A stretch of 64,000 nt of DNA, taken from contig NC_058368.1 in NCBI RefSeq assembly GCF_018350175.1, forward strand, positions 39,682,001 through 39,746,000. The letters are read 5' to 3'. This document shows, piece after piece, positions 53,300 to 64,000 of this stretch. This stretch comes from Felis catus. Taxonomy: Eukaryota. The notes below the pieces were generated by a model. The model searched no databases, was not told where the DNA came from, and was given only the letters and a program-made list of their open reading frames with translations. Made by a program: the position numbers and the translations under genes. Numbering within the stretch: position 1 is the stretch's first letter; every line of letters starts with the position of its first letter.

Positions 53300-53545
53300 T
53301 AAAACTCAAGTTTCTAAAAGTTGCCAGCCTGAGTTCATAGCCCAGTGCTGCCATTTGTTAGCTCTGGTCTCTTCGGCAAGTTTCTTACTCTCTTGGTGTT
53401 TCGGTTTCCTCTTCTGGAAAATGAAGAAAATAATTAACCTACTTATCTTACAGAGTTATTGAAAGAGTTAAATTAAATAATAATATAAAATGCTTACAAG
53501 CATACCTGGTCTGTGGCAATTTCTGTATGAGAATGATATTTTATT
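53300..53545 (+). mobile_element. MIR SINE
   Basis: cctgagttcatagcccagtgctgccatttgttagct...ggcaagtttcttactctc...tcggtttcctcttctggaaaatgaag...cagagttattgaaagagttaaattaaataat. Confidence 0.85.
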
Positions 53546-54745
53546 ATCTTTATGCTATTATTTTACTTTGAATATCAGAGATAAATAGTTCCATACAAGA
53601 ATACGTATTGTTTCAGTGACAAATTTGAAATGATCTTAGGGTTGGATGTCAACCACTATAATTGGTTGCCTCTTGGGTCCATAGACTTCGGTGTTCCTAA
53701 GAGTATAAATTCATTCCCAGGGACTTAGTAGGAAATCAGTATAACCCAGCCACTACTTTAACATTTCATGTTATTTTGGGCAGTCTAATGGGAAGTGTAT
53801 AGAAAAGTTTTCCCTTTGATACAAAATTGAGTTAGGTGTTTTTAAGAATAGAACTGTTCCCAACCTCTATACTAGATACTCGGTAATAATTTTTTTTCTC
53901 TGTTTAATATACAGACTCTTATTTTTCCTTTGGAAAATTAACTTTGCTAGAAATAATGGTAATACTTAATTCACTGAAACAAACATCATGAAATAGTGGA
54001 GGATTTTTTCAAGCAGTTTCCTTTCTTGGAATCCAGATAAGCATATTAAAGCCAAACTAATTCTACGAAGTATAATGGTTATAAAGTCACATATAAGTTA
54101 AAGCAGAGACCAATAGTCATAGAATTTGGCAATATTTTCTTCCTGGACATTCCCTACACCATGTGGGTTAAGAAATCCATATCAAGCTGTACTCAGAGTT
54201 TGTGGATTCTAGAGTATTCTTTGAAATCCTTTAATTGTAATAACTTCCAAAGTTGTCTCCTGTAATTCTCACCTCCCTGAGAACCAAGCTCTCTCATCTC
54301 ATCCAAGTCTATATGGGAGGATGGGATTTGGAGGCAACCTAAAGAAACAAATTATTGCTGACAATATTATATTTTGTATTGGAGTGTTTCTGATCCAAAC
54401 CCATCCTGTGAGCTCTTGGCACTATAAATTCTTCTTCATCCACAAGACGTGAAGCATCTGAATTGACTAGACATCTTAGGATCTATGACAAACCCCCAAA
54501 TTACTAAATATGTATTTCAGATTTGTTGGGGAGTAGTTGTGAGAGAGACTTAAATGAGCCATCAGTTTCAAGTCCCGATTTGCTAACAGAGGAAAAATAT
54601 ACATGTAAAGCAAACCTACTTTAAGTCATTACAGTAATTTTTGTCTCAATATTGTGATCTTCTTTGAGTTAACATTATGGCAAAAGCACATTATTTCTGC
54701 AAGTTCAGATAATATGCTAGATATAGCCTACTTATATATTTTCCC

Positions 54746-54793
<48 letters not shown>

Positions 54794-55637
54794 TCTATTT
54801 CTTAGTTAGCCACAAGTGCCTAGATTTTTCTATTGAATATTACATGCAAGAATTACAAAAATATCAACACATAACAGAAAAACATTTATGATCCTCAGTC
54901 ACCGGTTTAATTGGTTATGTCACTGCAGACTAAGGCAATCATAAATACGTTTCTTTTTGGGGGTGTAGCATACAGTACTAAGAGTAAGGGAACAAACAGT
55001 TTGGATCTGTTGTTTTAAGCTTGAGAAGTCATGGAGTTATGAGGCTCTTAAATTAGCAAAAAAATAAAAAAAATGTATTTATAATTTAGAAAATAATTGC
55101 ACATAATTAAGTATAGAAAATTGCATCAGAGAATAGAGGTACTTAGATTCTTCAGTGTAAACCCCAAAGGTAATTTTCATCTGGCTTGTAAAAATATTTG
55201 AGGCAATATTTTATTTCTCAAAAATAATACCTTTATTTTCACATTTCACTTAAACATTATTAAAATACTTATAAACGTATAACCATATCTTTCACAAATT
55301 ACCCCTTTTTATATACTATTAGGTCCAATTATTTACAGTTAAGTAACTGTAAACTCAGTCAAATTATTTACAGTTATAAGTAACTCAAAAATTTTAAGGA
55401 ATATTTTGAGAAATGAGGTAATATTTTGGATATAAAATTAACTTTTTGTGATTTGAAAATCTCTCCTGTTAAAACAATTATAATCTCTTCTAGATTTCTG
55501 TTTCAAAATGCTTTATTTAGTACTTAAATTGTATGTCAAATGTTTCATTATTATCATAATAAATAACAGAGGGAAACAAACAAAATCCAGGTGCAAAAAG
55601 ATCTACATTTTTATTGGCTTAATGGCACTGTCTTCTT

Positions 55638-55851
55638 ATTGTTTATTTATTTTTGACAGAGTGAGAGAGAGAGAGAGAGAGAGAGGGAGCATGAGTAAGG
55701 GAGGGGCAGAGAGAGAGACACAGAATCTGAAGCAGCTCCAGGCTCCGAGATGTCAGCACAGAGCCTGACGCGGGGCTCGAACTCACAGACCACAAGATCA
55801 TGACCTGAGCTGAAGTCGGACACTTAACCGACTGAGCCACCCAGGTGCCCC
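55638..55851 (-). mobile_element. Felid SINE (SINEC)
   Basis: Ends gagccacccaggtgcccc; diverged TSD ttaatggcactgtcttctt / ttaatagcaccatcttctt. Confidence 0.95.
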
Positions 55852-56696
55852 ATTAATAGCACCATCTTCTTAGGAAGGAGAAATAAGTATTCAAGTGTAC
55901 TGATTATTTTCTTAACAGGATAAACAATCTGCATTAAGAGTGTGTCTTCACAAATAACAGAAGACAAAACTATAGTGGAATATTCATACATTTTCTAGGT
56001 GCTAATAATCCAATTTTTTACTCTTTTTGAGAAAACTGCAGTTCTTGCCATAAGCATGACCTTAGTTTCCTTTACTTGATTGAATTATGATTTTGACTAA
56101 GTTTTACAAGAGACATAGAGAAAGAAAAAATAAGTTAGACCAGATAAAATATTGGGATAGGAAAAACTACCTAACTCCAAAAGGCAACTTTTTTCATGAT
56201 TTTGTAATCTTAAAATGTAATTGAAGTAATACGTACATATTTCCCTGGGAATTATTTTATATTCATAGCTATCTTATGCCTGAAGTTATTTCCTCTTTTT
56301 AATGTGAACAAAGAATTTGATCCTTAGCAAACATCTCATGAGGACACGAGCTCAAATATTTCATTTAAATATGATTTTTTAATTTAAACACATTAAGATA
56401 ACTGAGAAAAATATTGAAAAATCAGAAAACGAATTTAAAGATATTAAAGTTCTTTATTATCATCTCCACTGTTCTGTCATCGTAGAATTTAACTTCTTAA
56501 TGAGACCATTATAGACAATGAATTATTTGTGTTCGTTAATTAGAGACCTTAGCTACTCTAGCATTAAATCATTTTTTTTCTTCTTAAGAAGTTTAAATAC
56601 CTGTTAATACCTATTATTTAACTGAACAAAATTTGGTTTATTGAAGTCAACTAAATATTTTGGGAAACATCACAAGACAAGACGAAGACTAATTTT

Positions 56697-56894
56697 TTTT
56701 AACGTTTATTTATTTTTGAGACAGAGCATGAACAGGGGAGGGGCAGATAGAGAGGGAGACACAGAATCCTAAGCAGGCTTCAGGCTCTGAGCCATCGGCC
56801 CAGAGCCCGACGCGGGGCTCAAACTCACGGACCGCGAGATTGTGACCTGAGTTGGAAGTCGGACACTTACCTGACTGAGCCACCCAGGCACCCC
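56697..56894 (-). mobile_element. Felid SINE (SINEC_Fc-like)
   Basis: TSD gac(g/a)aagactaatttt starting at 56681 and 56895. Confidence 0.95.
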
Positions 56895-57449
56895 GACAAA
56901 GACTAATTTTAAATGAAGGTCTTCTCTCTGATTCCAGTCCTTATTTTGAGCATTAAATAATAAAAGATATTTGAAGTACCTGCCTAACTGCTGCCAATAA
57001 GAAGCTATTATTTTGTTATTAAAAATTTTTATTATGCATATTTCATCCATAGAATAAAGGTAAGTAACATATTTATTGCTCATCATAGGGAAACACTCAC
57101 ATACACACCATTCAAATTAAAAATGAAGATTGCACACCCTCTTGCTCTTTGACCACCCAGAAGAAACCACAATCCTGGATCTTATATAGACCATTCTCTT
57201 ACTGTATGCACACTTAACACGCACATGAATCACAGCTATAGGGATTTCTAAGAGGAAAAAATGCTGCTTACTTTCAGCTGAATTTCTAAAATGGCTCTCA
57301 TGCTATATGTATTTTTAGGGATTTACTTATTTACCTGAGTACTGTATTGTCAGGATTAGCTCATTTCTTTTTAATGTCATGTAATGTTTAATCCTAAAGT
57401 ATAGCAACCATGTAAGTAACACATTTATTTACCAGACTTTTTTTCCCTA

Positions 57450-58240
57450 AATATTTTATCTTTTTTATTAGTTTAATTTGCATACACTTACCATACTTAG
57501 TGTAAAGTTCTGCAAGTTTTGGAAAGCACTCACAGTTATGTGGCCAGCACCACAATCTAATTATAAAACAGTTCCATTACTCCAAATCTTCTCCCATGCC
57601 ATGTGGTAGTCAACCTCTACTACCAGCCCCTGCAAAACTGACGTTTCCTGTTACTGTATTTTTCCTTCTCCACAATGTCGTATCAATGGAGTCATATTGT
57701 AGATAAACTTGGGAATCTGAATAATTCCAAACAGAATGACACATTTGTGATTCATCCATGATTTTTCATGCTAAGTCTTTTTTCTCTTTAATATATAGAT
57801 ATTCTATAGTGTGTTTATTGACTCACCAGATGAATGGCATTTGGATTGTTACTAGTTTTAAGTGATTATACATAAATCCACTATGAATATTCACTTGTTA
57901 GGTTTTATGTGAACGTGTTTGCATGTCTTTGAGTACGTACCTAAAGGTGAGATTCCTAGAAGATACGGTTAAGTGTATGTTTAAAGCTTACAAGAAATTG
58001 CCAAACTGTTTGCAAAATGACTGTACAATTTTGCATTGCCACCAGCTATTTTTAACAGTTGAATTTGTTTTGTAACCTACCCAACCTGGCCATATTCTGG
58101 GGATGTTTTTCTTGTTGTTGTTGTTGTTGTTTTATTTTGTTTTTCCCATATCAGTAGGTATAGATTGACTCATTATTGTGTTTTAAATGTGCATTTCCCT
58201 TTTGATTAACAAAAGTGAGAATTTTTTTACACATTTCTCT
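57450..58240 (-). mobile_element. Old L1 3' end (L1MB/MC-like)
   Basis: catttggattgttactagttt...aagaaattgccaaactgtttgcaaaatgactgtacaattttgcattgccaccagc...tgcatttccct. Confidence 0.8.
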
Positions 58241-58875
58241 ATTTTTTAATTCATACCTGATGCATAGCAGGCATTCAAAAACATTCTGAAAAGAAAACAT
58301 TCTAACAATGTTTTGGAAAATCTTCTCGGCTTTCTCCATTATATAAAAAAAGAGTTCAGTTCTCTATTCTCCATAAAAATTTAACTTTCTTTCATGGTTC
58401 TGTACTAAAACAATACCAAAAATAAAGCCAATAGTTAACTGTAATGAATGTTGTAATACTAAATCTTTCCCCAGGAATTATTCTAATGATGCTTTACTAG
58501 ATATATTATTTAGCAATTTAAGTCCAGAAATGAATACATATGGAAGAAATGATTCATTCATAGATTAGAGAAAAATACTCCAAATAATCAAGAAATGGAA
58601 ATGTCTCTAAAAACAAACCTGTAACTTAGCATACGTCTTTTTTTTTTCCTTAGGTACCTCTTGTGTTTTTTATTTTATTAGCCTTTTGTAACAAAAATTT
58701 CAACAAGACTATTTGGAATCTTGAAGGTTTTTGGAAGCTTCTGCATTCAAAGTAAAATAGACATCCTGCTCTGTTTAATTAATTTTGGAACCCTTACTTT
58801 CAAGTGTACCTATTAAATAATTTTTTGGCTAATTGGAACATTTCTCATAATGGTCACTATAATTCTACATTATTT

Positions 58876-59097
58876 ATTATTTTTTAACTTTTTAAAACAT
58901 TTATTCATTTTGAAGAGACAGAGAGGACAGAGCGTGAGCAGGGGAGAGGCAGAGAGAGGGGGAGACAATATCTGAAGCAGGCTCCAGGCTCTCAGCTGTT
59001 AGCACAGAGACTGACCCAGGGCTCAAACTCACTGACTGTGAGAATCTGACCTGAGCCGAAGGCGGACGCTCAATCGACTGAGCAACCCAGACACCCC
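58876..59097 (-). mobile_element. Felid SINE (SINEC)
   Basis: ...ggacgctcaatcgactgagcaacccagacacccc; flanks aattctacattattt / aattctaggttattt. Confidence 0.93.
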
Positions 59098-59129
59098 AAA
59101 TTCTAGGTTATTTTTAATAATTTTTTTCA

Positions 59130-60010
59130 TCTTGCTAGATGTCTGCCAACTTCTGGGACCATGGTTATTAGACAAAAAATAAGCAAGTGTACAGGAAGGT
59201 AGCCGACTTGCCTCTTTCGAATTTAAGGATCTCATTAGCTAAAACTTTGGATTTCTCAGAGCCCAATAAACACCTAAAAGGGATGTGCTGCAGATTGAGG
59301 GATTGTCCATGTTTTACAGTGTTCCACAGTGCAAAGAAGTTTTCTTGAGGTTGCTGGGTGACCTAGTATCGATACAACCTGTTCCATGACCAACTTATAC
59401 TTATCATGGGAGTATTCTTGAGGTGGTGAGTGCTCTAAAAGCTTTTAAATGTTCAACCCATGCCCACCATTTTTTGCAGCTTTTTGGCTTCCAAAGCCCA
59501 CTAGCAATAGCTTTTATTTACACAAAATAAGGAAGATTAACATTCACCTTAGTATATTAGCAGTACTGTGTCCTGGCCATAAGAGGGCCCTGTACACACC
59601 ACAACCAATTCCCAGAGAAACTCATATGAGGTTTACTACCTGGGTAATTGTGGCATGAAAGGCTAGGGGCTTGGCTCTGAGCAAAACCTTCCGCCAGCTT
59701 GGAGGACCAGCTTAAAGGAAAGCCATTTGGACAGGGAACCCCAACACAAAACAGCAGAGCTCAGACAGAGAGGGGCTTACTCACGGTCCCTGGAAGCTTC
59801 GAGAACGTGAATTCAAAGATTTGCAGGTACCACGCTTATGTTTCTCGTTTTCCTCCATATGCTGCTGGATGTCTGCTTCGGAATTTGTTGCTGCCACCAA
59901 ATCTATTAAACAACAAAATTCAACCAAGTAAATTTGAAGATCTAATTGGCTTTATTAAATGATTCATGAATGGAATAGCAAGCCCCCATCTAGCAAGTAG
60001 ACAGGCACTC
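59130..60010 (-). mobile_element. ERV1 fragment: 3' end of a 5' LTR, PBS and leader
   Basis: 59904-60010 is the reverse complement of the LTR end seen at 11830-11934. On the minus strand it is followed by TGGTGGCAGC (PBS-like) and a GTGAGTAAG donor at 59784-59776. Confidence 0.72.
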
Positions 60011-61865
60011 CCCTTAGCATAGTTATTCAAAACCAACTGATTATGCCTGTTGAACTATGCTGGCATTGGAGATTCTGTAAATTGAAATTTGTTTGTTTGG
60101 GTCATGTCGCTATGGGAATTTCAGTTCCTAGCATTAATCACCATTTTGTAACCATAGCTACTTCTGATAATTTCAAGGTATTCGTGCTCTGGAACATAAA
60201 ATAATGCCCTATAGACGAATTGCATTAGAATAATAGTTAAATGCTACAAGTTCTTCTAGTGCAGGTTTGACCTACATTTAGCCCAGCAAAGCTAATCAGG
60301 CAGAGAAACTTAATCAGTGAATCTAATCAGCAAAAAACTAGGACTATGCTTACACACAGTAGACCCTTTTTACCAGAAAAATGAAGTCGTATTTTTTTAA
60401 GTGGCTACAGTTAAAAAATCGTTTTATCAATTTCTAATTTAGTACCAGTCCTGTCCTCTAGAGAGTTCAACATTCTCTGGATCAAATTCAGCTTTATGCA
60501 TATGGTCAAAAAGCAAATACATTGAGCTGCTTTGTCTTTGCATTAAGACATGCCAAGTATACACTATCAATCTGATAGGTTTAGAGAAAAAATATAATTG
60601 TAGAAATAAAGGACTATTTGAATTGATTTTCTCTTGAAATACATACCTCCTTGGCTGCAATGCATTGCATAAATTAATTGATGCAATTGAATCACAAAAG
60701 AACAGTTTTGCTTCATTTCCCCTCAATTTAATTTAGCTTTAGTAAAAAAAATAAAATAAAAAACTCTCTTGATAATAAATGATGAATGCTTTGAAAGTGT
60801 ATAGATAGATCAGTATTTAACAATGTAGAAAACTGATTGTTTTAAAATAAAAGAATACCAGAGTTTCACTCTTTATATTAGTAAGAAAATCATGTGTGCA
60901 TGAGCATGCTTAAATGCAAAGATTGGCCACATCATTATAAATACAGGATCGTTATCTTTTCTTTCATATTTATCATGGTTACCAAAATTTGTATGCAGCC
61001 ACAGTTCTTGTTAACTCGTAAGACAATGAATCCTAGATACTGAATGGGTCCAATGTAGAAAAGAAAAAAAAGATAATAGAGTAATATATGTAGCAATCCC
61101 TGAACCAGAACAGCTTTTCTTAGAATTGTATCACTTCATGTTGACTAGTGTTTAGTTCATTTTGCCACCTTATCTTCTAAGGGCAGGTCCTACATTACAA
61201 AATTGAGACTTAAAAATGGAGTTTTATTATCCACTGCACAGTTTGAAACATGTCTGGTAAAATAATTTATAGATTATTTATTGAAATCAGTGGTAATGCC
61301 TATTGGCTCTCAAAGTATATAAATGGAGAGAAGGTACTGAAAGCTTTTAAGCAGCAGAAATACAGTGAATACCTGGTCACCGAATTTCCGTAAACTGACA
61401 CTTCATCAAGTACTCTTGGCTGTCAATATATGACAAAATCCTTCCTGCCAACTGATCTTTAAATCATAAATCTTCTGACACTCTTGTCAAAAGGGTTTAT
61501 TTAGTATTTGGTTTGGAGCTATGTCCACAAACACTACATCCTTGGGACAAAAGTACCACATTATATATGATATACTAGTGTATGTCTCAGTAGAATCTTA
61601 ATGAGAGATGATACTTTTCACCATGTTATAATTACATCAATTGCAGTTATTTACTTGCTTACACATAATATTAAGGGACAAATCTAGGAGTTGTTTCCTG
61701 GTACATCTGATTAAAAAAATCTGTAGCTTTTCTGCTATGCTACACTATCTCACGTTAGCCTATCTTCAAATATAATGATGGAAGAAGGAAAATTTTGCAA
61801 AACTTAAAGCGTGAGGTTGCCTATTATGTTGGTTAATATCACAAATCCTGGAGCCACAGTGCCTG

Positions 61866-61907
61866 GGTATGAGGGTTCTTCAGAGAAACAGAACCAATCG
61901 GAGATCG

Positions 61908-61944
<37 letters not shown>

Positions 61945-62190
61945 AGGATTGGCTCACATGATTATGGAGGCTGAGAAGTACCACAATATACCATTTACAA
62001 GCTGGAGACCCAGGAAAGCTGGTAGTGTAGTTCCAGTCTGAGTCCCAAAGCCTGAGAACCAGGAGAACAAATAAAAGTAAATTACAATCTGTGTCCAAAG
62101 ACCTGAGAACCAGGAGTGTTAAGTCCCAGTTCAAGGGCAGGAGAAGACTGATTTCTGAGCTAAGCAGTCAGGCAAAGAGATGGTTTCCCC
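61866..62190 (-). mobile_element. ERVL LTR (MLT2-like) with an internal (TCTA)n
   Basis: agggttcttcagagaaacagaaccaat...ggattggctcacatgattatggaggctgagaagt...aagctggagacccaggaaagc. Confidence 0.88.
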
Positions 62191-62199
62191 TCCCTATAC

Positions 62200-62735
62200 C
62201 ACACCCAAGAAAAATGAAAACATGTCCACCCAAAAGGTGTGCATGAATTTTTACAACAGCACTATTTATAATAACGAAAAGGTGGAAACCAATTCAATGT
62301 CCATCAATAAATGGATGAATAAACAAAAGTGGTATAGACACACAATATAATATTATTTAATCATAAAAAGGAATGAAATACTGAGATATATTACATGATG
62401 GACCTTGAAAATATGCTAAGTGATAGAAACTAGCCACACACACACAAAAAACACATATTATATGATTTCATTTATATGAATTATCCAGAATAGGCAAATC
62501 TACAGAGGAAAAAGCACAAAATAGTTCCTTAGGATGGAGGACAGGGAATGGAGGGATAAAGAGACGATAGTCAAAAGGTATGGGTTTTCTTTATGTGGTA
62601 ATAAAAATGTTCTAAAATTGACTCAATGGTGGTTGCATATATCTTTGAATATGATAAAGCCATTGCATTACGCACTTTCAGTGGGTGAATTGTATGACCT
62701 GTGAATTATGTCTCAATAAAACTGTTTAAAATATA
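62200..62735 (+). mobile_element. L1MB-like 3' end
   Basis: aaatgaaaacatgtccacccaaaa...aaaaggaatgaaatactga...tccagaataggcaaatc...gtgaattatgtctcaataaa. Confidence 0.9.
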
Positions 62736-64000
62736 AAACGACTTGACTGGCAGCAAAGCCAATACATTTACTAGCTGTGTTCTTTCTGAAATGAACCACT
62801 TGACACAAAACCATTAAATCCTATATTCAGTTGCCTTTAAATTAAAACCACATTCCAAGGGTTTTTATCTTTTGATTCTGCCTATTTGGTAGAATTTATA
62901 GAAAATCTTTTTCAGCAATCATATAATAAAAAAGCAAAAGCATGGGAATTCAGGATATGGAGGTAGCAGTTGTTCAATAACAAAATATGTATGGATTTGG
63001 TATTTGAATCATTTAATAATCATTTAGTATGTGTACCAACCCTTTCAATCACATCAGTTAGAAGAGTTCCTAATAATTTAATCCATACCCATTATAGGTT
63101 TTATGTTTATTCAAAAAGGCAGGTTTCTTTGGGGAATGAAAGTACGACTGCACATCTTAAAACTTTCCCTTGTATAGCAGAGAAGTACCTGTTTTTCCAC
63201 TTACAGACTTTTCTCCTAGGGTGAGAGTTGTGCTAACTGAATGTACAATATTTGGATTTATTTATAAACTAACAACTGCGTGGGAAAGTTGACAATCAAT
63301 TTGACCACAGACAAGTTGAAACAATTTTTTTTCTCCCTCAGAGCAAAATAGATACTTCTTGAAACTACACAAAAGTGTTTAAAACCATTTGATAAATTAC
63401 CACTGCGTTTTAGCCAATCTATTTGGAAACAAATCACAGTAATTTCAGTATTTACAGGGAGATTGCTGGGTCACTGCATATCAGCATTTTTTTAACACGA
63501 CTGTATTTATGTATAGATATGAGAAAAGGAATAAAAAGGAGAGGAAATGGAAAGCAAAGTGGCTATTATACCACCCCCGTTGCCCAACAATCACCATTCA
63601 AGTATTTGCTAGAAGGGCTATCATTGGGCTGGCTACAATTTATCACCATTTTCCTTGTCTTCCTTTCCATTTACTCTCTTATTTTCTGATCTATATACCC
63701 ACAATTTAGATTCTTTAAAAGATACTACTACATTCCCTACCAATATATTTTTTTTTGTTTGCTACATTCATTTACATTTTGACAATTGCTGTAAATAAAG
63801 TTTCCATTTACTTCTTGTCAAGGTTTCTGTTCTTACCCCATTTCCTTTCCTTTCCATGTTTCAGTTGCGGATAGCTGGACAATAACCGCAGTCATTGCAA
63901 CCCACCCATGATTGAAATTCTCTAAATCACCTATCTCTACCTCTGATTTTCCACTCTCACCAAATTTACAAACATTCTTTCACATGCTCAAGATTACACT

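Overview
This is AT-rich, repeat-dense mammalian DNA. About 24 tRNA-derived carnivore SINEs, including young SINEC_Fc-type copies, point to a feliform (probably felid) genome. I found no intact protein-coding exon, RNA gene or CRISPR-like system; most ORF-track entries are SINE, L1 or LTR read-throughs. The only recognisable gene-derived sequence is an old, disabled processed pseudogene of NFYA on the minus strand (CDS-homologous 42834->41914). Its junctions preserve the exon-3-skipped (short) isoform and a further 18-nt splice variant. Other notable structures are: an internally deleted ERV1 provirus with a decayed gamma-type env TM (20.1-21.7 kb); an L1 with two internal deletions (1-1107); three LTRs of one ERV1 family, one with a PBS and splice donor; two SINEs inserted serially into one target site; and an orphan poly(A) insertion with a target-site duplication (TSD). 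Repeat family names come from recalled consensus sequences, not a database search, and boundaries are approximate unless a TSD is cited.
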